Assembly: GCA_002269645.1 (NCBI GenBank)
Contig: NIVC01003231.1
Coordinates: 1-64,000, forward strand
Origin: Macrostomum lignano
Taxonomy: Eukaryota
DNA: 64,000 nucleotides
Direction: 5' to 3'
The notes beneath the pieces were generated by a model. It made no database searches. It was not told the DNA's origin and worked only from the letters and a program-made list of their open reading frames with translations. The position numbers and the translations under genes were made by a program. Below, one piece after another: positions 23,101-33,821 of the stretch; within the stretch, counting starts at the first letter, position 1; each line of letters begins with the position of its first letter.

Positions 23101-26100
23101 CTTTAGCACCAGAGGCTTTAGCACCAGAGGCTTTAGCACCAGAGGCTTTAGCACCAGAGGCTTTGGCACCAGAGGCTTTAGCACCAGGGGCTTTAGCACC
23201 AGGGGCTTTAGCACCAGAAGCTTTAGCACCAGAGGCTTAAGCACCAGAAGCTTTAGCACCAGGGGCTTTAGCACCAGAGGCGCCAGCACCAGAAGCTTTA
23301 GCACCAGGGGCTTTAGCACCAGAGGCGCCAGCACCAGGGGCGCCAGCACCAAGGGCGCCAGCACCAGGGGCGCCAGCACCAGGGGCGCCAGCACCAGGGG
23401 CGCCAGCACCAGGGGCGCCAGCACCAGGGGCGCCAGCACCAGGGGCGCCAGCACCAGGGGCGCCAGCACCAGGGGCGCCAGCACCAGGGGCACCAACACC
23501 AGGGGCGCTAAACTTCCGCGCTTACTTACAGTGGCTTACAATGGCAGCCTTATGGATGATTAGAAATGCACTCTCACCCTTTCGTTCCAGGGTTGTGAAG
23601 CTGCCGGGTTCGCCGATGTCAAGCAACTGATTCTGTGGTGCGTTCCAGGCGACCAGACGGGCCTTGAAAGTGGGAAGGTTTGAGTGTAGGCGTTGAGGCA
23701 GTTAGTTTACATTAGCGGGTGAACCATAAGGTAAGAGGGAGATAAGGGAATGATGAGGGAGACGGGGGAATGATGAGGGAGGCAGAGGAATGATGAGTGA
23801 GATAGGGAATGATGATTGAGATGGGGAATGTTGAGTGAGATGGGGAATTATGAGGGAGGTGGGGGTGATGAGGGAAGTGGGGGAATGATGAGGGAGGCGG
23901 GGAAGGATGAGGGAGGCAGAGGAATGATGAGGGAGACGGGGAATGATGAGGGAGGCAGAGGAATGATGAGGGAGGTGGAGTATGATGAGTGAGGTGGGAG
24001 ATAATGAGGGAGGCGGGGAATGATGAGGGAGGCGGGGAATGATGAGGGAGGCGGGGAATGATGAGAGAGGCCGGGAATGATAAGGAGGCGGGGAATGATG
24101 AGGGAGGCGGGAATGATGAGGGAGGCGGGGAATGATGAGACAGGCAGAGAATGATGAGGGGGGTGGGGGGATGATGATGAGTGAGGTGGATAAACGGTCG
24201 GGCAGGGTAGATTGCAGGGTGAGCGCCTCACCTGGTAACTGGTGAATGGCGCGAGCCCATCAAGCTGTAGGGGCAGCTGGGCCACCGACTCGAGCCGGGT
24301 CCCCCACGCTGCCTGCTCCTCAGCCACGCCGCCGCCAACGTCCACCCGCCGGAACTCCAGCGACAGTCGGCGACCGCCACCGTACGAGGGCTGCTGCTGC
24401 AGCGCCGGTGCCGATGTCGGCGGCTGGCTGGTTCTGCAATCGAGCTCGACGGTGGTCTCGGAGACTGAGCGAGCCTCGAGCTGGCACGGGGCTTGGGAAA
24501 CGGCGCCTGCGGGCGAAGCGGGGGTTGCGCTGCCATCAGATTAGTGCCTGAAGACTTTGGGGTCGAACCGGAAATGAGTTGAATGACCAATCTCAGAAAG
24601 CTGTTGATCCATCCATTGACCCATCGATTGACCCATCCATTGACCAATCCATTGACCCATCGATTGACCCATCCATTGACCATCGATTGACCCATCCACT
24701 GAACCAACAGGTGACTTATTTATTGATCCATTTACCTAACAGTTGACCTATTGACCCAACAGTTGACCAATTCATGGACCCAACAGTTGACCCATCCATT
24801 GACCCAGCAGTTGACCCATCAATTGACTCAACAGGTGACATTTATTGATCCACCCGTTGACCCAACAGGTGACCCATTTATTGACCCATTAACTCAACAG
24901 TTTGCTCATCCATGGACCCAACAGTTGACCCATCCAGTGACCCAACAGTTGACCCAGCTATTGACCTAACAGGTTGACCCATTTATTGAACTATCTATTG
25001 GACCAACAGGTGACCCGTTCATTGACCCATCCATTGGCCAATCCATTGACCGACCCATTTACCCAACACTTGAACCATTTTTGACCCATTGACCTAACAG
25101 TTGAACCATTGACCCAACAGTTGACCCATTCATGGACGCAACAGTTAACCCATCCATTGACTCAACAGGTGACCCATTTATTGACCCATCCTTTCCCTCA
25201 TTCCTTCAACCCTTGCTCTAAAAGAGCTCCAACTCCCTAACAGGATGTTTTCGAACAAAGAATTTTTTCACGCATTCTGGCCCACCAAAATTGTGCACTT
25301 TATCCGCGCACGTGCCTCTCTCAGCTGTTGGCTGTGAACCTCATCTCGATGCAATATGCAGATAGACAGTGCCGGCTGCAGCTGGTAGCCTTTTGTCTTG
25401 GGCTACAAAATAGCACCAGCTGTCAGTTGAAAGCCGTTCTAAGAGCTTCTTCTAAGGGGGTTTGATGGAGGGCTGCGATGGTGTTGCCACTCTGCGTCAG
25501 TGTCTTTTAAGCAGAGTGGCACCTCATGGATTTGCTGGGGGTAACTCTAATGTTTACCTCAAAGATATGAATAAGAAATTATGAGAGGACTAGGAGAAAC
25601 GATAAGGGCTTTGAAAAATGAGGGATAACTGGAGGAATGATGAGTTAAGTGGGCAATAATGATGGAAGCGGAGAATTATGAGGTGGGGGTTGTGATGAGG
25701 GAGGCGGGGGAATGATGAGGGAGGTGGGAAATGATGAGGGAGGTGGGGAATGATGAGGGAGGCGGGGGGAATGATGAGAGAGGCGGGGAATGATGAGAGA
25801 GGCGGGGGAATGATGAGGGAGGCGGGGAATGATGAGGGAGGCGGGGAGTGATAAGAGAGAGTAGGAATGATGAGTGAGGTGGGGGAATTATAAAGATGGA
25901 GAATGATCGGGGAGATGAGGGGATGATAAGGGAAGCGGGGGAATGAGAAGGGAGGTGGAGAACGATGAGGTAGGCGAGGGAGAATGATGAGGCAGACTAG
26001 AAGTGATGATGAGAAAGACTTTACCAACTGCTTGTTGAGTCTCTGAGAGCTCTGTGAGAAACTTTTCTTTCAGTTTTTCATTGTAAAAATACAGAAACGC

Positions 26101-28305
26101 TTGAAGGATTTATCGCCTCTGTTTTAGTTACTCCGCCTGACCTCGGTTGACCTCGCCTCAATCTTGCAAAGATGCCCGGCCTTGATCGCTTCCCAGAGAT
26201 CGCCCGGTGAAACGTGACTTTCTCTTCGAGTGTCGCAGATGGCCTTCTGTGTTGGCCTCGCGTTGCGCAATCCGTGCACTCGCTAATGACAATATTTTAT
26301 TGCCTGCATGCCGGCTTCAGCCAGTAAAGTTTGTTCAACCCCCACTCAGTCACTGAGGCTGTGGAAGATGGAGGCTGGCTAGCTCAAGTGGGATTTGGGC
26401 GCTTAAGTGGGAAATGGTGAGGTGGGATTGGGATAGAAATTTGTGGGCTGAAATGGGTAGAGGAAGATAGGGGTAGGGAGAGAGGGATAGGGAGAGAGGG
26501 GTAAGGAGAGAGGGGTACGGAGAGAGGGCTAAGGAGAGAGGGTAGGGAGAGAGGGCTAAGGAGAGAGGGGTAGGGAGAGAGGGCTAAGGAGAGAGGGTAA
26601 GGAGAGAGGGGTAGGGAGAGAGGAGTAAGGAGAGAGGGCTAAGGATAGAGGGGTAGGGAGAGAGGGCTAAGGATAGAGGGGTAGGGAGAGAGGGGTAGGG
26701 AGAGAGGGATAGGGAGAGAGGCTAAGGAGAGAGGGCTAAGGAGAGAGGGCTAGGGAGAGTGGGGTAGGTAGAGAGGGGTAAGGAGAGAGGGGTAGGGAGA
26801 GAGGGGTAAGGAGAGAGGGGTAGGGAGAGAGGGCTAAGGAGAGAGGGGTAGGGAGAGAGGGGTAAGGATAGAGGGGTAGGGAGAGAGGGATAAGGAGAGA
26901 GGGGTAGGGAGAGAGGGGTAAGGAGAGAGGGGTAGGGAGAGAGGGGTAAGAAGAGAGGGGTAGGGAGAGAGGGGTAGGGAGAGAGGGGTAAGGAGAGAGG
27001 GGTAGGGAGAGAGGGATAAGGAGAGAGGGGTAGGGAGAGAGGGGTAAGGAGAGAGGGGTAGGGAGAGAGGGCTAAGGAGAGAGGGATAAGGAGAGAGGGT
27101 TAGGTAGAAGGGGTAATTAGAGAATGCTAAAGAGGGAGGAGTAGGGTGAGATTAGCTGTTTATTTTTTAAAATGTACATATGAACTAAACGACCCTCCTT
27201 TACATTAGGATAAATTCTCCACGGACGTCAGCAATAAAACAGAAAATTAAGACTCAATTCCAGTTTGTTTCAATAATAATCAGCTCTGAAAGCAGTAATA
27301 AAATTCCCACAATTCTTAGAGCTCAACAAGTACGCGACCAAACTCACAGCCAACACTCGTGCTCAGTGAATCAAGCTGGGATCAAGTGTGGCCCCTCAAA
27401 CCACAGACTGCCGGCAAAGCCAACCATTTCAGGCTAAAGAAAACCCCCTCAGGTGAAATTTAAACCCCAGGAGCAACCCGGGTGACCGGAGGGGCAAAAG
27501 GTTTGCTTAAAATTGTACCACAATAAATTATTTTTCTTCAGAAACAAACAATCCGCCTCAGTACCGCTGCCAGAGTCGACTACGTCTGCGGAGTCGGGGC
27601 TGCATCCGGCTTCTGAGCAGGCTGGCTCGACTGACACCGCCTGGAATGGCAGAGTTCTCTCCATCACTCTTAATAACTCTTTAATAATTCCAGCTCGCTC
27701 ACTCTAACCCAGTCTCACCCAGTCTCACCCAGTCTCACTCAGTCTCACCCAGTCTCACTCAGTCTCACCCACTCTCACCCAGTCTCGCCCAGTCTCACCC
27801 AGTCTCACCCAGTCTCACTCAGTCTCACCCAGTCTTACCGAGTCTCACCCAGTCTCACCCAGTCTCACCGAACGTCACCCAGTCTCACCCAGTCTCACCC
27901 AGTCTCACCCAGTCTCACCGAGTGTCACCCAGTCTCACTCAGTCTCACCCAGTCTCACCCAGTCTTACCGAGTCTCACCCAGTCTCACCCAGTCTCACCG
28001 AGTGTCACCCAGTCTCACCCAGTCTCACCCAGTCTCACCCAGTCTCACCGAGTGTCACCCAGTCTCACTCAGTCTCACCCAGTCTCATCCAGTCTCACTC
28101 AGTCTCACCCGGTCTCACCTAGTCTAAGCCCTACTCAGTCTCACCCTACACTGCTACTCAGTCTCACCCTAGACCCCTATCAGTCTCAATCTAAACTCTC
28201 CTCAGTCTCAGTCTGCATCAAAGTCGCTAGCTCAGTCTCACCAAGCAAACTTACCAAGCAGCCCAAGCAAAGCGAGGTCAAAGTCAACACGGTGCAGAGT
28301 CTCAT
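5167..28305 (-). CDS. ROS1: ROS1/Sevenless-family receptor tyrosine kinase, about 2400 aa, 27-exon model: 28305-28255, 27640-27550, 24506-24232, 23662-23578, 22947-22495, 21342-21161, 20622-20492, 20322-20225, 19838-19627, 19214-19037, 16750-16340, 15851-15813(?), 15388-15204, 15129-14544, 14449-14126, 13226-12646, 9709-9516, 9444-9173, 9060-8618, 8541-8481, 8390-8265, 8178-7876, 7573-7481, 7217-6356, 6272-6138, 6056-5884, 5819(?)-5167
   Basis: Signal peptide MRLCTVLTLTSLCLGCL; alternating FN3 (LDGLAPFTSYQARLVAWN, LRVSWKPP, PKRPVNLTV) and YWTD-propeller motifs (LAVDWVAQHVY, VDPVNGYLF, FDWLRDNLLW); one TM segment; insulin-receptor-superfamily kinase with a YxxxYY loop and TLGQQPY. All junctions are GT-AG with matching phases and the total of 7197 nt is divisible by 3. 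The first two exons and the 39-nt exon are the least certain. Confidence 0.85.
6356..7217 (-). CDS. ROS1: main tyrosine kinase exon of the ROS1/sev gene
   Basis: LGSGAFGQV, CAVK, EFLREA-like FLREA, HRDIAARNCLV, DFGLARDVYRSEYY, LPVRWMSPEAL. Confidence 0.95.
7481..7573 (-). CDS. ROS1: transmembrane exon of the ROS1/sev gene (not in the ORF track)
   Basis: EFGLSFVTLTLLGALVLLLLGSLPLLAYFLC between a CAG acceptor and a GTAAGT donor; phase 1 on both sides; splices to KRSPKP. Confidence 0.85.
10144..12535 (+). mobile_element. 5'-truncated, decayed RTE-like LINE in a ROS1 intron (antisense to the host)
   Basis: C-terminal half of an APE domain (QIDHVL..SDHRLL), RT motifs (EQNGFRP, DFMKAFDS, GVLQGDTLAPFLF, YADD) broken by frameshifts and a TGA at 11647-11649; (TTG)n tail at about 12524-12535; possible TSD TATAAC at 10138-10143 and 12536-12541. 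Clade assignment is by eye. Confidence 0.88.
13482..13710. other. intronic segment with four GTCAGGAC octamers bounded by a 9-bp inverted repeat
   Basis: GTCAGGAC at 13494, 13532, 13600 and 13669 with unrelated spacers; TTGGTTGCC at 13482 and GGCAACCAA at 13702. Confidence 0.55.
15471..15780 (-). mobile_element. tRNA-derived SINE with CORE-like central domain
   Basis: Head GTAGCCTTGTGGTCAGAGCG..GGCTCGATTCTC (A and B boxes), then TGTGTCCTTGAGCAAGACACTTAAC..TTCAGTTCACCCAGTTGTAAAATGGG, which closely resembles the MIR/CORE consensus as I recall it; (TTA)n-like tail. Confidence 0.8.
16783..18957. repeat. 41-bp minisatellite, about 53 copies
   Basis: Unit CAGCCAGAGACACTCCATACCATTGGTTATCTCGCTTCCAA with a few recurrent variant positions; intronic. 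Confidence 0.97.
19890..20205. repeat. 33-bp minisatellite, about 9 copies
   Basis: Unit GAGTCCCGTGTCTAACAGGT(A/G)A(G/T)TAAGGTGAGC. Confidence 0.92.
20357..20484. repeat. 32-bp tandem repeat x4
   Basis: Unit CACTGCATCCTGTGAGCACTAAGCTGAGCACA, abutting the donor at 20491. Confidence 0.92.
20875..21095. repeat. 15-bp minisatellite, about 15 near-perfect copies
   Basis: Unit GTCAGGATGAGAGTT. Confidence 0.95.
21381..21580. repeat. 21-bp minisatellite, about 9 copies
   Basis: Unit TTTATGACTGATTGATCCTGG. Confidence 0.95.
21945..22452. repeat. degenerate 9-10-bp GAGGATTTG repeat with an internal 53-bp block repeated three times
   Basis: GAGGATTT/GGGGATTT units; ATCTGAGG recurs at 22229, 22282 and 22335. 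Confidence 0.85.
22984..23510. repeat. 15-bp minisatellite, about 35 copies, with two variant domains
   Basis: GGCTTTAGCACCAGA on the left changes to GGCGCCAGCACCAGG on the right. Confidence 0.95.
23740..24180. repeat. 19-bp purine-rich minisatellite (copy A)
   Basis: Unit GAATGATGAGGGAGGCGGG. Confidence 0.88.
24600..25190. repeat. degenerate 12-bp TTGACCCA-core repeat
   Basis: TTGACCCATCCA and TTGACCCAACAG units. Confidence 0.8.
25630..26010. repeat. 19-bp purine-rich minisatellite (copy B)
   Basis: Same unit and orientation as 23740-24180. Confidence 0.85.
26460..27115. repeat. 14-bp polypurine minisatellite, about 46 copies
   Basis: GGGGTAGGGAGAGA and GGGGTAAGGAGAGA, often alternating. 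Confidence 0.93.
27702..28175 (-). repeat. 10-bp GTGAGACTGG array in ROS1 intron 1
   Basis: (AGTCTCACCC)n on the plus strand; its right end carries 23-bp-type units matching the 32147-32640 array. Confidence 0.92.
28255..28305 (-). CDS. ROS1: putative first coding exon (signal peptide) of the ROS1/sev gene
   Basis: ATG at 28305; MRLCTVLTLTSLCLGCL; GTAAGT donor in phase 0, matching the acceptor at 27641. Confidence 0.65.
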
Positions 28306-29087
28306 CAGCTGTTCCACAATGCGTCGCTCTCAAAGACAGTTCACACGCGGATCAGTGCGGCAGTGGGTTTTCACACCCGCTGGTTGAAGCAAGAGAATTC
28401 TTCTAAATCGGTTTCCATTGAAGAGGCTCGGGCGCTGCTGCATGGAATTTTATTCGGCGGGGGACCTGGGGGGAGGGGGGAAGACCGAGAGGCGCTCGAA
28501 CGGCGAGGCTTCCGCTGGTTGGCAGGGTGGCTGGGGAATGATTTGACCCTCTGGCCCGGGTCCCTGCAGGCCCAAAGCAGCAAGCAGCAAGCAATCCCAG
28601 CAGGACCCGCGCGCCCACTCCTAGAGGCAGGAGCAGACAGACGCCTGCTTGTTGCTTTGGAAAGTCAAGTTTTTTTTTCTCGACAGAAACATCCAATTGG
28701 GCCCCTATCGCAGTTCAGCCAGCCGCTTTGCTTCTAAAAGATAATTGCTGCTGCGGAAGCAGAGTCTGGCTATTAAATTCTGACCAGCAATTATCCATGC
28801 CAACTGGCAGAGCTGAGCTGCTGCATCAGCGGGGGCAGCTCTGCTACTCTACGAAGCTGCCACCGCTTTCGCCAATTGGAACTCAACAAGTTGAACGCAA
28901 CTGTCGAAAACCATAAATCATCTGGGAGCCCCCGAGTTCTGGGATTGCCCAGAAACAGGTTTCCCATTGAATAATTGCTCACATAATTCACCCGAATGCA
29001 ACCCCGATTGTGAACAGATTCAACTGGAACTTGCGCTGATTCCAATTGAATAGTCATTGATCTAGCTTGAGCAAAGTCCCTGTTGTT

Positions 29088-29345
29088 CACCCTGCTGTAC
29101 ACCCTGCTGTACACCCTGCTGTACACCCTACTGTACACCCTGCTGTACACCCTGCTGTACACCCTGCTGTACACTCTGCTGTACACCCTGCTATACACCC
29201 TGCTGTACACCCTGCTGTACACCCTACTGTACACCCTGCTGTACACCCTGTTGTACACCCTGCTGTACACCCTGCTGTACACCCTGCTATACACCCTGCT
29301 GTACACCCTGCTGTACACCCTGCTGTATACCCTGCCGTACACCCT
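29088..29345. repeat. 12-bp minisatellite, about 21 copies
   Basis: Unit CACCCTGCTGTA. Confidence 0.95.
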
Positions 29346-29919
29346 GTGTGAGCATGTGTACGTGCTCAGGGGTCAGCGGTATGAGCCAGCAATGTTAGTT
29401 TCAGTTATCACTTGTACGAGTTGGCGGTCCTTGAATGAGGTGTACCTGGCTGAATACCTTGTATATTGCGGCTACATAAAGAAAGCTGTCTTGTTGGCGA
29501 TCTCCGCAGCGGTCGATTGGAGCGTTAAAAGACAACTAAGGGAACGGAAGCCAGAAATTCTGTTGGCAAAATGTGTCGCCCAAAAGCAGACAGGCCGAGC
29601 CCCTGCGGAGATGCGGCAGCTGCAGCAGCAGGGCCGCTGTCAGTCAAGCCGCGTGCTCCATGCGACCAGGGACACGCGCAAGAAATATTAGTTGCAGAAA
29701 TGGCGGAAGATGTGTTCAACGGAAAAAGCGCTGAGTCACACCCGTTGCACCTTTTTTAGACTTGCTGTTTTGCTAACATTGACAAAACAGTGCGTTCCGG
29801 CTGTCGCTTGACCTCAGAGCGTGTTACTATGGCTTTTGGGGGCCGATCGTGTCAACCAGTCTATAGAAAATCGCAAAGTCTTGGATCCACCTTTTAGGAG
29901 TTAAGATATACGAGTTTCA

Positions 29920-30822
29920 GTGAGAGAGGGTGAGACTGGGTGAGACTGAGTGAGACAGAGTGAGACAGTGTGAGACTGCGTGATACAAGGTGAGACTGAG
30001 TGAGACAGTGTGAGACAGTGTGAGACAGTGTGAGACTGGGTGATACAAGGTGAGACTGAGTGAGACAGTGTGAGACAGTGTGAGACTGCGTGATACAAGG
30101 TGAGACTGAGTGAGACTGAGTGAGACAGTGTGAGACAGTGTGAGACTGAGTGAGACAGTGTGAGACAGTGTGAGACAGTGTGAGACAGAGTGAGACAGTG
30201 TGAGACAGTGTGAGACAGTGTGAGACAGTGTGAGACTGAGTGAGACAGTGTGAGACTGAGTGAGACAGTTCGAGACTGAGTGAGACAGTGTGAGACAGTG
30301 TGAGACAGTGTGAGACTGAGTGAGACAGTGTGAGACAGTGTGAGACAGTGTGAGACTGGGTGATACAGTTCGAGACTGAGTGAGACAGTGTGAGACAGTG
30401 TGAGACAGTGTGAGACTGAGTGAGACAGGGTGAGACTGAGTGAGACAGGGTGAGACTGAGTGAGACAGGAAGAGAATGGGTGAGACAGTTGAGACTGAGT
30501 GAGACAGGGTGAGACTGAGTGAGACTGGGTGAGACAGAATGAGACAGTGTGAGACAGTGTGAGATTGGGTGATACAAGGTGAGACTGAGTGAGACAGGAA
30601 GAGAATAAGTGAGACAGTGAGAGACTGGGTGAGACAGGGTGAGAATGAATGAGACAGGAAGAGAATGAGTGAGACTGGGTGAGACTGAGTTGAGACAGGG
30701 TGAGACTGAGTGAGACAGGAAGAGAATAAGTGAGACTGAGTGAGACAGGGTGAGACTGAGTGAGACAGAGTGAGACAGTGTGAGACAGTGTGAGACTGGT
30801 TGATACAAGATGAGACTGAGCG
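29920..30822 (+). repeat. 10-bp GTGAGAC(AGT/TGA) array, about 90 copies
   Basis: Same core as 27702-28175 but in the opposite orientation. Confidence 0.93.
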
Positions 30823-31556
30823 AGATGAAAAACATTGCATTAGAGAGCAACTGCACTGAAACAGAGACGGAAAAGCAATTAATTTTTTAACTGTCTGCCT
30901 CAACAGAGTTTTGAGTTTTATATAAAAATGGTTTATAGTACTACGAGTAGTCAGTTCCATGTAGGCGTGTTGCAGACTCTGCACTGCAACTCTCAGATTG
31001 AGATGAAGCTGTCTAGAAGATAAAAAAACCCAGCGGCTTGGCTTTTCAATGCTTCAAGAAGCCTCGGCTGTCGCTTCATCATTTACCGGCTTAGCGGTTG
31101 AGAAGCGGTTTGCTGTGCTCGCTCTGGTTTACAAAAAAGCAGCTCAGTTGCACGGAGTTAATGCAGGCAGGCAGGCACAGGGGAGAAGGCGGAGACCAGA
31201 CGATGGCTTGTAAACTTTCCATTGCAGTTCAGGCTCGCGAGATCTGTCTGCCGCCCCCCCTCCACCCCTCTGCGCATTTATCTTGGAAGCAAAGGAAATG
31301 TGGAGATGCACAGAGTTGACTAGTTGGCAGTTGCAGAGGCAGGGGGGCAGAGAGATGGCCAAGAAAGCATATCCATGGTTTCCAAGGCTATGAGCAGATG
31401 GAGGGCGAGAGGTGGAGTGGAGGCGGGGTTAGAGACCAGCCCTAGGCATAAGCTCTGTCTTCATTAGCAGGTGGAAAGCAGAGCTACAGCCAAGTTCTGC
31501 AACGGGAAAGCCAGTTTACTCTGAGGCTCTTTGCCGTCGATTCACTCTGAAGAGAA

Positions 31557-33189
31557 ATGGCCTCGGCGGCTTTTGACTGCACAGTGCGGGCGGCCCACCG
31601 CAGTGTGCTGGAGACCTGCGACCCGGAGCGCTACCAGCTCACCCAGCCGGTCTGCCAGCACCTGTCCGCGGTGGACAACGGGCTGCGGCACATGAAGCTG
31701 GACAACCACTTCTTGGACCGGTCCGAGCTCTGGCGGCAGCGAGTCCCCTGCTCGGAGGTCGCCGAGCATCGCGAGCGAAGCACTGACGCTCTGCGGCGCG
31801 GCGAGGCCTTCCTGCAGGACTACCGCGCCGCCATGTCCAAGGAATTCGCCGAGACGCTGACCGATGGCCAGTCGGCTGCCAACCAGTCGGCGGCGCTGGA
31901 CGGGCTGCGGGGCTTCAGACGCGAGTTCGACCCGAACGCGATGGCTGCGCACAACCGGGTGCAGCGGTTCTGCGACTGGGTGGGCGTGACGGACCGGTTC
32001 ACCGGCTACAGGAACAACCTCGCCAGGGGGTCGCGAGAGCCGCTGCGCTTCGATCCGCAATGGCGCCGGGGCGACGCCGACTTTCCGAGGCTCTGCCATC
32101 CCAAGTTCGTGCCGGAGACCCTGGCCAACAGCGGGCCGCCGAAGCGGTGAGACTGAATTGGGATAGGGTGTAGGAGTAGGTGTAGGGTGAGACTGAGTTG
32201 GGGTGTAGGGTGAGACTGAGTTGGAGCAGTGTGAGACTGAGTAAGAGTGAACTCGTAAAGGTGAGACTGAGTGGGGGTGTAAGGATGAGACTGAGTAGGG
32301 GTGTAGAGTCAGACTGAGTAGGGGTGTAGGGTGAGACTGAGTAGGGGTGTAGAGTCAGACTGAGTAGGGGTGTAGGGTGAGACTGAGTAGGGGTGTAGAG
32401 TCAGACTGAGTAGGGGTGTAGGGTGAGACTGAGTAGGGGTGTAAGGATGAGACTGAGTAGGGGTGTAGAGTCAGACTGAGTAGGGGTGTAGGGTGAGACT
32501 GAGTAGGGGTGTAAGGATGAGACTGAGTAGGGGTGTAGAGTCAGACTGAGTAGGGGTGTAGGGTGAGACTGAGTAGGGGTGTAAGGATGAGACTGAGTAG
32601 GGGTGTAGAGTCAGACTGAGTAGGGGTGTAGGGTGAGACTAAGTATGGTGCAAGAGGTTATTAAGTTAAAGACATGGTCATGCTGAGATGGAAGGCGTGA
32701 GATTTATGGAATAATGGGATTGAATACGCAGGCTCGCAGGTAGGCAGCTGTGCACAGATGCAGGAAGCGTCGTTCAGGTTTTGTCAGCCAGCCGAAACCG
32801 AGCGCCTGACCATCCCAACTCCTTGCAGGTTCAACCTGCGTCAGAAGTCGGCGCCGTTGTGCCGTCAGACCTTCGACTGTGTCGCCGCTTCTTGCGACGA
32901 CCAGCAGCAGCCGCAGCAGCAGCGGACACCTCAGGAGCTGGCAGGCATTCCGACGAAGTTCCCCGGCACAACCGAGTACAAGGACCGCTACCTGCGCCCG
33001 AAAACGGCGAGCACTAAGTTTGATTACGTCATCAATCCGCAGCCGGACTTCTCCGTGATTGGCCGGCCGCTGATGAAGGCGGAGCCGGAGGCGCGGACGA
33101 CCGAGTACGAGGACCGCTACCTGTGGCCAGACTCCAGGAACCTGCAGCCCCTGCCTTGGAGCAGAAACCCAAGGAAAGACTGCCAATAG
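31557..33189 (+). CDS. uncharacterised protein of about 316 aa, two exons (31557-32146, 32829-33189), with C-terminal TTEYxDRY repeats
   Basis: Two GC-rich ORFs join in phase 2 (CG|GTGAGA..TGCAG|G, giving KRFNLRQK); motifs GTTEYKDRYLRP and RTTEYEDRYLWP. I do not recognise the family. Confidence 0.75.
32147..32640 (+). repeat. 23-bp minisatellite starting at the splice donor, with dimer and trimer higher-order units
   Basis: GTGAGACTGAGTAGGGGTGTAGG plus GTCAGAC and ATGAGAC variants cycling every 46 or 69 bp. Confidence 0.92.
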
Positions 33190-33821
33190 CCACTGACGGT
33201 GTACCAGTCGGCATTGACTCTGTACTCAAGCTCACGTTTTATTAGTGCACGTAGTTCCCTAACAAGTACTAAGTGGAGAGAAGAGACAAGAAACGAGGAC
33301 GTCTATAAGTCAACTGGACTAGAAACTTGAAGTCCTTGACACGAAGCTTCTAAGTTTTGTTGATTCTAAACTCAAATTTAAACTCTATCGCTTTGAGTGG
33401 CACATTGTTGAATAAATCTATCGTAAAATACTTGCTTCTTATGCTACTGATAGTAGTTTGGCTGTAATCTTACATTAGACTGTGCTCTGCTTTGATTCAA
33501 GCGTCTGTCTATAATTTACCTAGATCTGCTTTTTGGGTGAAATATGCTTTGTTTTGTTGAATATTTTACTTTCTAAACTTGCTTGCTTGCTTTGAAAATT
33601 TTGAATAATATAATAAATATTTTCTCGGATAATTAAAGCTATCTGCATATCTATACCATAGCATATCTTTTTTGTCAGTTTGACATTGTGTGTTCCTCAA
33701 TTGTCCCAATTTTGGCGCTAAAATCTTGCTTGATTTTCGGCAGGGTCCGGCGGGAATGATGAGATAAAGGTGTTTGATGATGGCATCCAGAGTCGCAAAC
33801 ATTTCGGGCTTGTTAACGCTA

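Noticed and set aside
29535-29665. Signal-peptide-like minus-strand frame LTAALLLQLPHLRRGSAC as a ROS1 first exon
   Set aside because: An in-frame TGA separates it from the ATG and there is no good donor; the 28255-28305 exon fits better.
19516-30984. Repetitive ORFs (LLDTGLAH, HPDNS, RGFST, VYSR, SHSVS and similar)
   Set aside because: All are minisatellite translations. Only their non-repetitive parts overlapping mapped ROS1 exons are coding.
31378-31391. RFX X-box upstream of the putative ciliary gene
   Set aside because: The right half GGCTAT has two mismatches to RGNAAC.
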